Shown here: piece after piece, positions 11,474 through 21,753 of the stretch
How positions within the stretch are numbered: position 1 is the stretch's first letter
How the letters are laid out: each line of letters starts with the position of its first letter
DNA from: Patescibacteria group bacterium
GTDB taxonomy: Bacteria; Patescibacteriota; Patescibacteriia; SG8-24
Length of the DNA: 64,000 nucleotides
NCBI GenBank assembly: GCA_041667185.1
Contig: JBAYFM010000006.1
Span: 6,591-70,590, forward strand
Direction of reading: 5' to 3'
Made by a program: the position numbers and the translations under genes
The notes under the pieces: model-generated
Database searches by the model: none
The model's input: the letters and a program-made list of their open reading frames with translations, nothing else
Told to the model about the DNA's origin: nothing

Positions 11474-12637
11474 GTGAACAACGCGAACATCCCGTCCAAC
11501 GAAACGCCGACTACCCGCCGAGAGAGCATCTCCCGGCGGGTAGTTTTGGCTCTCAGGGAATCTTTCTGGGCTAACATCGCCGCCTGGAGCGCGATTTTCT
11601 TCGCGGTCGTCCTGGGTCTGGCCGCGCTCGGCTGGTTTTTCTGGACCGGCGACCGCGCGGCCAGCGGGGGATCGTTTTTCTCGCGGTTCGTCCGCGAGTC
11701 CGCGCCAGCCGCGGCACCGCCGGCGGCCGAGACTCCAGCTGCGCCCATGGTCCGGCGGGCCATTGACGGCCTGCCTCTCGCAGCAGCCGCTGACGATACC
11801 GGATATTTCGCCGTGACCGTGGAGAACATGATCGAGGCCCGGCCGCTGTCCGGACTCGCCGCCGCCGCGCTCGTCATCGAAGCTCCGGTCGAGGGCGGCA
11901 TCACGCGCTTCCTGGCCGTGTATCCGGCCGCCGCGACGGTCGGTAAGATCGGTCCGGTGCGCTCGGCCCGGCCCTATTTCGTCGAGTGGTCGCGGGAATT
12001 CGGCGCGCTTTACGCCCACGTCGGCGGCAGCCCGGACGCCCTGAAGATCCTGAACGCTGCCTCGCCGCGCAGCCTCAACCAATTCTTCTGGGGAAAATAT
12101 TTCTGGCGCGATGCCGGCCGCCAGATGCCGCACAATGTCTACACGTCCGTCGAGTTGCTGGCCGGCGGGAATTCGGCGCGCTATGGCAGCCAGGCCGCGG
12201 CGCTGCCTCGGTCCTGGAAGTTTAAGGAGGAAGCGGCGCTCGAGGAGCGGCCGGCGGCTTCGCCCGACATTGTCGTTGATTATTCGACGCCGACCTATCG
12301 CGCCGCCTGGAAATATGACCGGGCCCGCAACATCTACCGCCGCTATCAGAATGACAGCTTGCAGCGCGACGACGCCGGTGCGGACATCCAGGCGAAGAAC
12401 GTCCTGGTGCAGTTCGCCAAAGTGGTCGTGCTCGACGAGGCTGGCCGCCGCAGCATCCAGACCGCCGGCCAAGGTCCGGCGCTGGCCGCTGTCGATGGCC
12501 GGACCATTTCCGCCACCTGGAAGAGCCTCGTGGACGGCCGGACCAGATTCTATGACGACCAGGGTGTTGAGATTACGTTCAATGCCGGGCCGACCTGGAT
12601 CGAGGTCGTGCCGCTCGGATCAGACGTGGCGCATTGA
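11474..12637 (+). CDS. DUF3048 (YerB-like) membrane-anchored protein; start uncertain
   Basis: ARPLSGL, EAPVEGGITRF, IGPVRSARPYF, HVGGS, PHNVY. Confidence 0.8.
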   Translation: MNNANIPSNETPTTRRESISRRVVLALRESFWANIAAWSAIFFAVVLGLAALGWFFWTGDRAASGGSFFSRFVRESAPAAAPPAAETPAAPMVRRAIDGLPLAAAADDTGYFAVTVENMIEARPLSGLAAAALVIEAPVEGGITRFLAVYPAAATVGKIGPVRSARPYFVEWSREFGALYAHVGGSPDALKILNAASPRSLNQFFWGKYFWRDAGRQMPHNVYTSVELLAGGNSARYGSQAAALPRSWKFKEEAALEERPAASPDIVVDYSTPTYRAAWKYDRARNIYRRYQNDSLQRDDAGADIQAKNVLVQFAKVVVLDEAGRRSIQTAGQGPALAAVDGRTISATWKSLVDGRTRFYDDQGVEITFNAGPTWIEVVPLGSDVAH

Positions 12638-12652
12638 TCGCGCCGCGAGCGG

Positions 12653-13090
12653 ATGAATATGAGATTTGTTCATCGGACCAGCGGTAATAGTGCGGCGGCT
12701 TTCTCCGCGATGGAGCTGCTTTTGACGGTCGCGGTTTTTGGCCTGTTCATTTCCCTGGTGCTCATCGGCGTCGCCGGCCGCCAAGCGGCGCGGCGCGACG
12801 TGACTCGCGTCGCCAATATGGACCAGCTGCAGAAGGCGCTGGCCATGTATGTTTCCGATGCCCAGGAGTATCCGGAAATGAAAGGGTGCGTGACGGGCGA
12901 TGATCCGCTGATGCTGGCGCTGAAAGAAAAGAAATTCTTTGACGACAAGGCCGTGCTTCGGGATCCGAAGACGCCGGACGACGCCGGCGGCTGTTTCTAT
13001 TATGACGGCGGCGGCAGCGCTTACTCGCTGCGTTACGTCTTGGAGACCGATGCCGTCGATTCCAAGGGCGAGCATTTCCTCGCGCCGTGA
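12653..13090 (+). CDS. Type IV pilin/GspG-like protein
   Basis: AFSAMELLLTVAVFG prepilin-like start; RDVTR...LQKALAMY...YP. Confidence 0.7.
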   Translation: MNMRFVHRTSGNSAAAFSAMELLLTVAVFGLFISLVLIGVAGRQAARRDVTRVANMDQLQKALAMYVSDAQEYPEMKGCVTGDDPLMLALKEKKFFDDKAVLRDPKTPDDAGGCFYYDGGGSAYSLRYVLETDAVDSKGEHFLAP

Positions 13091-13103
13091 TCCTTTTGGC
13101 GGA

Positions 13104-14030
13104 TCAGTGGCGGCAATTCCGGCTGAAATGGATGCCGATCGTCACGCGCGACCAGTTGAGTATCTTGCCGGCTGCGAGGCCGGGTATTTTTTTTGCGGCC
13201 GCGGCGGCGAGGGCGCGGTATTGGCCGGGCAGGATTTCGCAGAAGAGATGCAGGTGCGCTTGCGGTCCCAGGGCGGCGGCGAGCTGGTCCAGGAGCCGAT
13301 AGTATAAGATGAGGCCGTCGCGTCCGCCGGCGAGCGCGGTCCGGGGTTCGTGCCGTCGGACGTCCGGCGGCAGGCGGCGCAGGGCCGCGGTCGGTATATA
13401 CGGCAGGTTGGCGACGATGATCAACGTGTCGGCTTGCCGCGCGGTCTTCAGGAACGGGGAGAGCAGATCGCCGCGGCGGAAAATGATCTTTTTGTTCAAT
13501 CCAAAAGCGCGGGCGTTGCGGCGGGCGATTGCCAGGGCGGCCGGCGAGATGTCGGTCGCTCCGATCCGCCAGTCCGGAGTTTCGGCCGCCGCGGTGATGG
13601 CGAGGCAGCCGGAACCGGTGCCGATGTCGAAGAACGCGGCGCGCGGGTGGTCGGCCCGCAGTCTGATGATCTCCTGGGCGATGATCTCAGTGGCGGGGCG
13701 GGGGATGAGGGTGGCCTCGGAGACCGCGAACTCGCGCCCCAGGAACGGCGCGCGGCCGACGAGGTAAGCGACCGGTTCATGGCAGAGCCGCCGCGCGATC
13801 ATCAAAAAGAAACGCCGCGCTCGCGCTGGCGCCAGTTTTTTTTCAGGATCCGCTATCAGCGCTTCCCGGCTGAGACCCGCGGCCGCGGTCAAAAAAAGCT
13901 CGCTCTCGCGCCAGGGATCGTTCCCGGCGCAGCGATGTTTCTTGAGCAGTTCCGCGCCCGCGCGCAGGGCTTCTTTAAGCGTCATGAGCGGTCCGGTCCG
14001 GCGTGATCCCCGCCGCGGCTCAGTCTTCAT
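13104..14030 (-). CDS. prmC: Release factor glutamine methyltransferase PrmC (alternative start 13985)
   Basis: [31 protein letters not shown]; downstream of prfA. Confidence 0.9.
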   Translation of the reverse strand: MKTEPRRGSRRTGPLMTLKEALRAGAELLKKHRCAGNDPWRESELFLTAAAGLSREALIADPEKKLAPARARRFFLMIARRLCHEPVAYLVGRAPFLGREFAVSEATLIPRPATEIIAQEIIRLRADHPRAAFFDIGTGSGCLAITAAAETPDWRIGATDISPAALAIARRNARAFGLNKKIIFRRGDLLSPFLKTARQADTLIIVANLPYIPTAALRRLPPDVRRHEPRTALAGGRDGLILYYRLLDQLAAALGPQAHLHLFCEILPGQYRALAAAAAKKIPGLAAGKILNWSRVTIGIHFSRNCRH

Positions 14031-15093
14031 TATCTTCCTCGTCGCCCATGGCGCCCGCGCGCAGGGCGGCAAGCAGCGTCTCCAGTCCGCCGTCGAGGAT
14101 GGTCTGGATGTTGTGCCAGGATTTCTTGATGCGGTGGTCGGTGACGCGATCTTGGGGGAAATTGTAGGTGCGGATCTTCTCGGAGCGTTCGCCGCTGCCG
14201 ATCTGGCCGCGCCGGAGCGCTTTCTCCGCGGCCTGGCGCTTCTCTTCTTCGATGGCGAGCAGGCGCGAGCGCAGGATGCTCATCGCGCGTTCGCGGTTCT
14301 GGGTCTGGGAGCGCTCGTCCTGGCACTGGACGATCATGCCGGTCGGCAGATAGGTGATGCGCACGGCCGAATAGGTCGTCTGGACGCTCTGGCCGCCGTG
14401 GCCGCCGGAGAGGAAGGTGTCGACGCGCAGGTCCTTAGCCTCGATCTTGATATCAATATCTTCGGCTTCGGGCATGGCGGCGACCGTCACGGTCGAGGTG
14501 TGGATGCGGCCGGTCTTCTCGGTCTCCGGCACGCGCTGGACGCGGTGCACGCCGCTCTCGAATTTCAGGTCGCGGTAGGCGTTCGTGCCTTCGACGAAGA
14601 AGATGACCTCTTTGACGCCGCCGAGTTCGGTCCGGCTGAGCGAGGACATCTTGGTCTTCCAGCCGCGGCGTTCGGCGTAGCGCGAGTACATGCGAAAGAG
14701 TTCGGCCGCGAACAGCGCGGCCTCTTCGCCGCCGGCGCCGGCGCGGATCTCGACGTAGCAGTTCTTCCGGTCGAGCGGTTCGGGCGGCACGAGCGCGGCT
14801 TCGAGTTCGATCCGCTGCTCCGCCTCCGCGGCGGTCAGCCGCTCCAGTTCCTCGCGGGCGAGCTGCTGCATCTCCGGATCATCGCCCAGGGCTGCGGCCG
14901 CGCGGGCCTCTTCCTTGGCGGCGGCGGTCGCGAGGTACTTGTCGCCGATCTCCAAGCACTCCTTGGTCGCGGAATATTCCAGACCCAGGTCTTTCATCTT
15001 TTTCTGGTCGCCCAGGACCTCGGGACTCGAAAGCAGCCGCTCCAGTTCGGCGACGCGTTGCTTCTTGGTCTCCAGGGCTTTGTTGATGTCCAT
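14020..15093 (-). CDS. prfA: Peptide chain release factor 1
   Basis: [25 protein letters not shown] (PxT), [17 protein letters not shown]. Confidence 0.96.
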   Translation of the reverse strand: MDINKALETKKQRVAELERLLSSPEVLGDQKKMKDLGLEYSATKECLEIGDKYLATAAAKEEARAAAALGDDPEMQQLAREELERLTAAEAEQRIELEAALVPPEPLDRKNCYVEIRAGAGGEEAALFAAELFRMYSRYAERRGWKTKMSSLSRTELGGVKEVIFFVEGTNAYRDLKFESGVHRVQRVPETEKTGRIHTSTVTVAAMPEAEDIDIKIEAKDLRVDTFLSGGHGGQSVQTTYSAVRITYLPTGMIVQCQDERSQTQNRERAMSILRSRLLAIEEEKRQAAEKALRRGQIGSGERSEKIRTYNFPQDRVTDHRIKKSWHNIQTILDGGLETLLAALRAGAMGDEEDNED

Positions 15094-15095
15094 AT

Positions 15096-15163
15096 AAAAA
15101 TGGCGGAGGTTCGGAGGCCCGGCCGCAAGGGGCCGGGACGCCGGGACTTCCGCCACTTTAAAA
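15096..15163 (-). terminator. Long GC-rich hairpin with T-run between rpmE and prfA
   Basis: GTGGCGGA...TCCGCCAT stem then TTTT just before the prfA ATG. Confidence 0.5.
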
Positions 15164-15168
15164 TTTAC

Positions 15169-15447
15169 CTAAGCGGACTTTTTCAGGGCTTTCTTGGCCT
15201 TGCGCTCGGCGGTCTTGGTCTTCTTGGAAGCGACGGTCTCGGTCGACTTCTTGGCCTTGCGCTCCTGGAATTTCTCCACGCGCCGCGCGGTGTCGACGAG
15301 CTTCTGCTTGCCGGTGTAGAACGGATGGCAGTTCGAACAAAGCTCGACGTTGATCTCTTCAACGGTCGAACCGACGGTGAACGTGTTGCCGCAGGCGCAG
15401 ATCACCTTGGCTTCCGGGAAATAGGTCGGGTGGATACCTTTTTTCAT
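15169..15447 (-). CDS. rpmE: 50S ribosomal protein bL31 (Zn-binding type)
   Basis: [22 protein letters not shown]. Confidence 0.96.
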   Translation of the reverse strand: MKKGIHPTYFPEAKVICACGNTFTVGSTVEEINVELCSNCHPFYTGKQKLVDTARRVEKFQERKAKKSTETVASKKTKTAERKAKKALKKSA

Positions 15448-15723
15448 AGGCTCTGATAGCTAAATTTCGATGACAGGAGGTTAGCACGGCGGAAGAAATG
15501 TATCAAGTCTGGAGCGGGTCAGGCGGCTGTCACCGGTCAGTCGCAGCGTGAGCGACGGGGTTCGGTGGATATATATTAAAGATATCCGGGATAAGCGCCA
15601 GCGGCGTCGGCCGCCAGCCTCTTGCCAGTTCCGGCGGCATTAGGTAATCTATCGTCCGTGGAAAGCGTCCATCGCACTAAGTCCGCAAGGACCGCGCGAC
15701 ACGGTGTTTTCCCGCTTATTCAT

Positions 15724-15820
15724 CCCACATACGCCCCATTTTCAAAGTGACGCGTCCTGCCGCGTAAAATCCGCTGAAGCGGATCACGCGGTCGCGCCGC
15801 CGGGTGCGTAGAGGTCTAAG
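15724..15820 (+). ncRNA. rpsB 5' leader (S2 autoregulatory, t44-like) RNA
   Basis: CCCACATACGCCC...GGGTGCGTAGAGGTCTAA closing stem resembles the known rpsB leader; internal hairpins; directly upstream of rpsB. Confidence 0.6.
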
Positions 15821-15838
15821 GAACATTTTTTTGTTTCT

Positions 15839-16576
15839 ATGCCTAAATTACCGACAGTCCTGGAGCTCCTCCAGGCCGGAGTCCACTTCGGACATCAGTC
15901 GTCCCGCTGGCACCCTAAGATGAAGCCGTACATCTTCGGCGCGCGGAACGGCATCCATATCGTCGATCTCGAAAAAACGCTCGTGAAGCTGGGCGAAGCG
16001 CTCGACTTCGTGCGCGACACCGTCGCCCGCGGCGGCGTCGTTTTGTTCCTCGGCACCAAGCGCCAGGCCAAGGATATCGTCAAGTCGGCCGCGCTCGATT
16101 GCGGCATGCCGTACGTCTGCGGCCGCTGGCTCGGCGGCACGCTCACGAACTATGTCGAGGTCATGCGGCTCATCAAACATTTCAATGACCTCAAGGCCCA
16201 GCAGGCTTCCGGCGCGCTCGCCAAATACACCAAGAAGGAGCAGTCCAACTTCGCCAAGGAGATCGAGGATCTCGAGAACAAGGTCGGCGGCATCAAGAAC
16301 CTGACCCGTCCGCCGGACGCGCTCTTCATCATCGACGTCAAGAAAGAGAAGACCGCCCTCGACGAGGCTCAGACCCGGAAGATCCCGGTCATCGCCCTCT
16401 CCGACACCAATGTCAATCCGGAGGATATCACTTATCCCATCCCGTCGAACGATGACGCTATCAAGACCATCGAACTCATGACCAAACTCGTGGCCGAGGC
16501 GGTCAAAGAGGGCAAGGTCATCCGCGAGAAGGCGGTCACCGCTCCGAAAGTCGTCGCCGCCGCTCCGAAAGCGTAA
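15839..16576 (+). CDS. rpsB: 30S ribosomal protein uS2
   Basis: AGVHFGH, WHPKMKPYIF, RWLGGTLTN, DTN, PSNDDA. Confidence 0.98.
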   Translation: MPKLPTVLELLQAGVHFGHQSSRWHPKMKPYIFGARNGIHIVDLEKTLVKLGEALDFVRDTVARGGVVLFLGTKRQAKDIVKSAALDCGMPYVCGRWLGGTLTNYVEVMRLIKHFNDLKAQQASGALAKYTKKEQSNFAKEIEDLENKVGGIKNLTRPPDALFIIDVKKEKTALDEAQTRKIPVIALSDTNVNPEDITYPIPSNDDAIKTIELMTKLVAEAVKEGKVIREKAVTAPKVVAAAPKA

Positions 16577-16606
16577 GCGGAACTAACCGCAGCAACTGCG
16601 CAAATT

Positions 16607-17212
16607 ATGGCCATTGATGCCAAGACCATCAACGAACTTCGTAATCTGACCGGAGCCGGGATCGTCGACTGCAAGAACGCGCTCGAGGAGACCGCTGGCG
16701 ACGTCGCCAAGGCGACCGACATCCTGCGCAAGAAAGGCCTCGCCAAGTCCGCCAAACGCGAAGGTAAGGACACCAAGGCCGGACTCGTCTACGCCTACAT
16801 CCACGGCGAAGGCCGCGTCGGCGTGCTCATCGAAGTCCAGTGCGAGACTGATTTCGTCGCGCGGACCGAACAGTTCAAACAATTCGTCCACGACGTCGCC
16901 ATGCAGGCCGCGGCCATGAACCCGCTGTACCTCTCCCCGGAAGCCGTTCCGGCCGAAGTGCTCGAGAAAGAGAAGGAGATCTACGCCGCCGAGTTCGCCG
17001 GTTCTTCGAAACCGAAAGAGATGGTCGAGAAGATCGTCTGCGGCAAGCTCGAGAAATATTTCTCCGAGACCTGTCTCACGAATCAGGCGTTCATCAAGGA
17101 TGAGGATAAGACCATCAGCGAGCTGTTGAAGGATATTTCCGCCAAGACCGGCGAGAAGGTTGTCCTGAAGCGCTTCGTCCGCTTCGCGCTTTCCGAGGCT
17201 TTGGTCTGCTGA
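16607..17212 (+). CDS. tsf: Elongation factor Ts (short form)
   Basis: LRNLTGAGIVDCKNAL, EVQCETDFVAR; follows rpsB. Confidence 0.96.
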   Translation: MAIDAKTINELRNLTGAGIVDCKNALEETAGDVAKATDILRKKGLAKSAKREGKDTKAGLVYAYIHGEGRVGVLIEVQCETDFVARTEQFKQFVHDVAMQAAAMNPLYLSPEAVPAEVLEKEKEIYAAEFAGSSKPKEMVEKIVCGKLEKYFSETCLTNQAFIKDEDKTISELLKDISAKTGEKVVLKRFVRFALSEALVC

Positions 17213-17249
17213 CCCGGGTCCGCATACACGCACGAACGAATGATATTCC

Positions 17250-17275
17250 AAACCCCGCCGCGTGGCGGGGTTTTT
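17250..17275 (+). terminator. Intrinsic terminator of rpsB-tsf
   Basis: AAACCCCGCC-GCGT-GGCGGGGTTTTT. Confidence 0.8.
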
Positions 17276-17312
17276 GGCTGCTCCGCCCGCTTCACCCCCC
17301 CCATTGCTTCAC

Positions 17313-17565
17313 CGCTCCAAATACTCCAGCACTCTCAAACTCCCTGACTCCGTCTCTCCCTGACTCCAGTACTCCAGAACTCCAGCACTCTCCCAATTGT
17401 TAGTGACCTCGGTGTCAGACACCGAGGAGATGGAGAGTGCGGAAGTGGAGGAGTGGGGGAGACACGATAAAACTTCAGCCCTCCAGCACTCCCTGACTCC
17501 GTCTCTCCCGCACTCCCGCACTCCGCCACGTCGTTCGCGAACGACGTGGCTCCCGCACTCTCCCA
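17313..17565. repeat. Longest octamer-phased CTCC/GGAG repeat element, with hairpin 17406..17426 and 26-bp palindrome 17525..17550
   Basis: Runs such as CTCCAGCA CTCCCTGA CTCCGTCT CTCCCGCA CTCCCGCA. Confidence 0.85.
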
Positions 17566-17567
17566 AG

Positions 17568-17596
17568 TTGACAACCCGCGAGGGGTGGATTAAGGT
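17568..17596 (+). promoter_or_regulatory. Sigma70-type promoter TTGACA-17-TAAGGT
   Basis: Consensus -35 and 17-nt spacer upstream of 17671. Confidence 0.65.
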
Positions 17597-17670
17597 CGGC
17601 AACAGCTCTTTTCGCGGCCTGACGACAGGTCGGGTTTCTGTAGGTCATTGAAAATCCAAAGGAGTCGATG

Positions 17671-18276
17671 ATGCGGCACGAGCTTGATTTGCATTCTGCG
17701 TTGATCGCGGGAGTGGTAATAGGGATACTTTGGCCGCTATTGACCTATGTCATCCTCGTGGGGACGAAGTTGATGTCGGAGCCGGAGACTGCCCGCCACG
17801 AAGCCGGCCACGTCGTCGCGCATTTCGTCGGTTTCGGCAAGGCGCCGTATCGCGTCGCTCTGACTACGTTCCAACTGAGCAACACGATGGGGCGCACGAC
17901 GAACTGCAGCGGCGACGACTGTCGCGGCAATATCAGCGTGGCCGAGCAGTGGCACACGCTTGTGCTGCTCTTAGCTGGCATGGCCGCCGCTTCGTCGCGC
18001 GATGGCGGCGACAACGACATCCGCACCTTCCGGGATGTTGTTTTAGTCCTCCTGGATGAACAGCAAAGCGGTCAGGATATCAGTCCGCCGTGGCCCAACG
18101 ATCTGTCCCTCCGACAGTTTGACTTCACGGACATCAGCGAAGAGGCGTGGCGTCGGACGACCGAAGTGGTCGCCCAGCATCGTCCTCAGATTGACGCCTT
18201 GGCCGAAGCGCTTCTGCGCCGCGGCAGCCTCGAGCACGAGGAGATCGAGGCTATCATCGACGCGACCGGCAAGTGA
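17671..18276 (+). CDS. Stand-alone peptidase M41-like (FtsH protease domain) membrane protein
   Basis: ARHEAGH, LLAGMAA, GGDND, HRPQIDALAEALL; N-terminal TM; no AAA+ domain; AAGGAG SD. Confidence 0.75.
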   Translation: MRHELDLHSALIAGVVIGILWPLLTYVILVGTKLMSEPETARHEAGHVVAHFVGFGKAPYRVALTTFQLSNTMGRTTNCSGDDCRGNISVAEQWHTLVLLLAGMAAASSRDGGDNDIRTFRDVVLVLLDEQQSGQDISPPWPNDLSLRQFDFTDISEEAWRRTTEVVAQHRPQIDALAEALLRRGSLEHEEIEAIIDATGK

Positions 18277-18422
18277 GTCCGCCGTTCGTCAGCTTGGCCG
18301 CCCTGCAATACTGCGGGGCGGTTTTTAATTTCCTTTTTTTTGGCGCAATAAAAAAACCGGACCCAGTCCGGGTCCGGCAGAAAAGAACTGCGAGCGGTTG
18401 CCGTTCGATCATCGCTGCTGCG

Positions 18423-18779
18423 TCAGCCGCTTTGGCCGCCGCTGCCGTTGCTGTAGCGTCGGTTGCCGCTTGGTCCGTCATTCTTGAGGACGAGCGGATC
18501 GGACGGATCGGCGGCGACGATCGGATCCGCTTTCGACTGGAGGTCCGACTGCCGCGGCAGACACGCCGCGATCTCGCAGAATTGACGGAGGGTTTCCGCG
18601 GCCGCCTGTTTTCGGGCCGCCATTTCTTCAAGACTGATGCCGAATTTCCGGCAATGGTCGACCTCCCAGTCCGTCAGGCCGAGGCGCAGTTGTTGGCGCC
18701 GCGCCTGTTTCTCATCGAGTTTGATGATGAGCAATCCGACGGCGGCGACCGCGATCAGCAAAAGGACTCCTGCTGCCAT
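18423..18779 (-). CDS. Hypothetical single-TM protein (SD-led cassette gene)
   Basis: MAAGVLLLIAVAAVGLLII start after AAGGAG; TTGACA-16-TATCAT at 18826..18853. Confidence 0.6.
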   Translation of the reverse strand: MAAGVLLLIAVAAVGLLIIKLDEKQARRQQLRLGLTDWEVDHCRKFGISLEEMAARKQAAAETLRQFCEIAACLPRQSDLQSKADPIVAADPSDPLVLKNDGPSGNRRYSNGSGGQSG

Positions 18780-18993
18780 GTGTTCTCCTTCCGTTGCCAA
18801 GGAACGATGTTTTCCGCAGACACGAATGATAGTCTTGCCCCAGCCGTTGTCAATGGCTTTTGAAGGCTGAGAACCAGGCTCCGTCGGACCCGAAGCGCCT
18901 TGACAAGACGGCATTTTTATGCTTAATTGTCAGGTTGCATCCGGCACACATCCGGGCTGAATAAGCTCTTTGATAACCCAGAAGGAGACCTCG

Positions 18994-19599
18994 ATGACCA
19001 CGGATTTTTCGGAGTGTTGGTATTTCCCGATGATGTTTCAGATCACGATGATTTTCTGTGGTTATCTCATCGGCGTACGCCATGCCTTTCGCAACAGCGA
19101 ATTTAATGCCAGGCATGAAGTTGGCCATACGATCGTAGGGCTAGCCAGCACTTGTCTCCAGGTGCATTACACGAAGCTGACGTCGCCACTCCTTCCATTC
19201 AGTGAAGAAGGAGGACGTGTGGTTTTCGGCGGGATCGATCTCAGCGGTCTCAACATTAATTCCAGCGCGTCTCTTTGGGAGTGCGGTGCGCTGGTGTCAG
19301 CCGGCGAGGTTGCCGTGCAGAGCGACATGGGCTGTGAAAATGACCTGGAGAATTTCGGATCGGTAGCGCGAGAATTGGTGCGCCGGCAGTCGGCTGGCGA
19401 GGATATCCGTCCGCCCTGGCAGACCGATGCCGTACGCCGATCGTATTCGGCCGCTGACATCCGCGAATTTTGTCTGGCACGCGCCAGCGAACTGCTGCGG
19501 CAACAAGCCGGTCTGATCGAACCGCTCATCGAAGCCCTTCTTCGCCAGCGCCGTCTTGACTGCGCGGAGATCGACATCATCGTCGCCAGTCAGGGTTGA
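18994..19599 (+). CDS. Second stand-alone peptidase M41-like membrane protein
   Basis: ARHEVGH, SAGEVA, GCEND, LIEALLRQRRL; shares G(Q/E)DI(S/R)PPW with 17671; AAGGAG SD. Confidence 0.72.
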   Translation: MTTDFSECWYFPMMFQITMIFCGYLIGVRHAFRNSEFNARHEVGHTIVGLASTCLQVHYTKLTSPLLPFSEEGGRVVFGGIDLSGLNINSSASLWECGALVSAGEVAVQSDMGCENDLENFGSVARELVRRQSAGEDIRPPWQTDAVRRSYSAADIREFCLARASELLRQQAGLIEPLIEALLRQRRLDCAEIDIIVASQG

Positions 19600-19727
19600 G
19601 AGGTCAACGTCATTTCTTATATGACCGTTTCGGGCAAACACCCGAGCGGTCATTTTATTTTTCTGATATAATATTTTCCTGTCGGCCAGCAGCTAACGGC
19701 CGGCAACTAAGCGCCAGATCAGCCATT

Positions 19728-20750
19728 ATGCCTATCCGCGTCGCCATCAACGGTTTCGGCCGCATCGGACGGAATACGCTCAAAGGAGCCTGGGGCCGGC
19801 TCAAGGATCTCGAATTCGTCGCTCTGAACGATCTCACCGACACCAAGACCCTGGCGCATCTCCTGAAGCACGACACTTCTTACGGCGCCTGGGACCGCGA
19901 GGTGAGTTACGACGAGAAGAATCTCATCGTCGACGGCAAGAAGATCCCGGTCTTCGCCGAGAAGGATCCGGCGCTGCTGCCGTGGGCCAAACTCCGCGTC
20001 GACGTGGTGCTCGAATGCACCGGCCGGTTCACGAGCGAGGAGAAAGCCTCGACGCATCTCAAGGCCGGCGCCCGGCTCGTCATCCTGTCCGCTCCGGCCA
20101 AGGGCGGCAACGTGCCGACTTATGTGCTCGGCGTGAACGCCGACGGCAAGACCAAGTTCGGCAAGGAGAAGATCATCAATAACGCTTCCTGCACCACGAA
20201 CTGCATCGCGCCGGTGGCCAAGGTCATCGAGGACACCTTCGGCGTCAAGCGCGCTTTCATGACGACCGTCCACGGCTACACCGCCGATCAGAATCTCCAG
20301 GACGGGCCGCACAAGGATCTGCGCCGCGCGCGGGCCGCGGCCGCGAACATCGTGCCGACTTCGACCGGAGCGGCCATCGCCGTCACGGAGTGCATTCCGG
20401 CGATGACGGGCATCTTCGACGGGCTCGCCATCCGCGTCCCGGTGCCGGTGGTCTCGCTCGCGGATTTCACGTTCCTGCTCAAGAAGAAGACGACCGTCGA
20501 GGAGGTCAACGCGGCGCTGAAGAAAGCCGCGGCCGGACCCATGAAGGGCGTGCTCGCCGTGACCGACGAACCGCTGGTCTCTTCGGATTTCATCCGTAAC
20601 AACAATTCCGGCATCGTTGATCTGAAACTGACCAAGGTCATGGAGGGCGACTTCCTGAAGGTCATCGCCTGGTACGACAACGAGTGGGGTTATTCGATGC
20701 GGCTCGCCGATATGGCGCAGCTCTACGCGTCGAAGATGCTCAAGAATTGA
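19728..20750 (+). CDS. gap: Type I glyceraldehyde-3-phosphate dehydrogenase
   Basis: INGFGRIGR, NASCTTNC, WYDNEWGY. Confidence 0.97.
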   Translation: MPIRVAINGFGRIGRNTLKGAWGRLKDLEFVALNDLTDTKTLAHLLKHDTSYGAWDREVSYDEKNLIVDGKKIPVFAEKDPALLPWAKLRVDVVLECTGRFTSEEKASTHLKAGARLVILSAPAKGGNVPTYVLGVNADGKTKFGKEKIINNASCTTNCIAPVAKVIEDTFGVKRAFMTTVHGYTADQNLQDGPHKDLRRARAAAANIVPTSTGAAIAVTECIPAMTGIFDGLAIRVPVPVVSLADFTFLLKKKTTVEEVNAALKKAAAGPMKGVLAVTDEPLVSSDFIRNNNSGIVDLKLTKVMEGDFLKVIAWYDNEWGYSMRLADMAQLYASKMLKN

Positions 20751-20760
20751 GTCCAAGACC

Positions 20761-21675
20761 GTGTCTGCCCGGGTCGCGACATGGCTGTTCGACGGGGTCA
20801 CCGCTGTTCTGCTGGCGGCGATCCCGTTGTATTTTTGGTCCTTGCGCGGGCGCTGGGCGAAGATCCCGCTTCGGGGGCGTTACGTCCTTTTCGCGGGAGC
20901 GCTCGGGTTTCTTTGGCTGGCGGTTTTTTACGGCAGTTTCATCGAGCCGAAAATGCTCACGGTCAGGACTTACGAGGTCAGCGCTGGTTCCGGTTCCGAC
21001 AAGATCTCGCTCGCGGTCGTGAGCGATCTGCATCTCGGCGTCTACAAAGGACGCGCCTGGACGGAGCGCGTCGTGCGCCGGATCAACGAACTCAAACCTG
21101 ACGTCATCCTGCTCGCCGGCGACTTCGCCGCCAACCAGGCCGGACTCGAAGCTCTCGAACCGTTCCGCGATCTCCGGGCGAAAGACGGCGTGTACGCCGT
21201 GCTCGGCAATATTGATTATGAGATCGGCGGCGTGGATATCCGCCGCCGCATCGAGTCCTACGGTATTGAGGTGTTGACCAACGAATCGGTGCGGCTGGGC
21301 GACAGCGAGCGCGAGGTGCGACTGATCGGACTCGATGATCTGAAATACGGCCATCCGGATTGGGAAGCGGCGCTGGCGGAGGTTCCGGCCGGAGCGTTCA
21401 CGATCCTCGCGGCCCATAATCCGAACGCGGTCCAGCGGGCGGAGACTCTCGGCCTCGACGTCGTCGTCTCCGGACACACGCATGGCGGTCAGATCCGGCT
21501 GCCCTTCATCGGGCCGCTGGCTCCGCTGCCGACCAGACTCGGCCGGCGTTTCGACCGCGGCCTCTTCGATTACGGACCTGTCAGCCTGCTCATCACGCCC
21601 GGAGCGGGGGAGACCGGCACCCGCGCCCGCCTCCTCTGTCCGCCCGAAATCTCGGTCCTGGAGATCTCTTATTGA
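20761..21675 (+). CDS. Membrane-anchored metallophosphoesterase (YkuE/YaeI-like)
   Basis: SDLH, LAGDF, VLGNID, AHNP, SGHTHGGQ. Confidence 0.85.
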   Translation: MSARVATWLFDGVTAVLLAAIPLYFWSLRGRWAKIPLRGRYVLFAGALGFLWLAVFYGSFIEPKMLTVRTYEVSAGSGSDKISLAVVSDLHLGVYKGRAWTERVVRRINELKPDVILLAGDFAANQAGLEALEPFRDLRAKDGVYAVLGNIDYEIGGVDIRRRIESYGIEVLTNESVRLGDSEREVRLIGLDDLKYGHPDWEAALAEVPAGAFTILAAHNPNAVQRAETLGLDVVVSGHTHGGQIRLPFIGPLAPLPTRLGRRFDRGLFDYGPVSLLITPGAGETGTRARLLCPPEISVLEISY

Positions 21676-21753
21676 TGCCTCCCGGCCGCGGTTAGAGCCG
21701 CCGGGCCGGATGTGTTATAATTGAAAAGCTTAAGTACTCTTCCGTGAATTTTT

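Noticed and set aside
17313-17565. Octamer tracts and 20-bp palindromes as a CRISPR array
   Set aside because: No constant 25-40 bp repeats with unique spacers; copies are dispersed; no cas genes in the window
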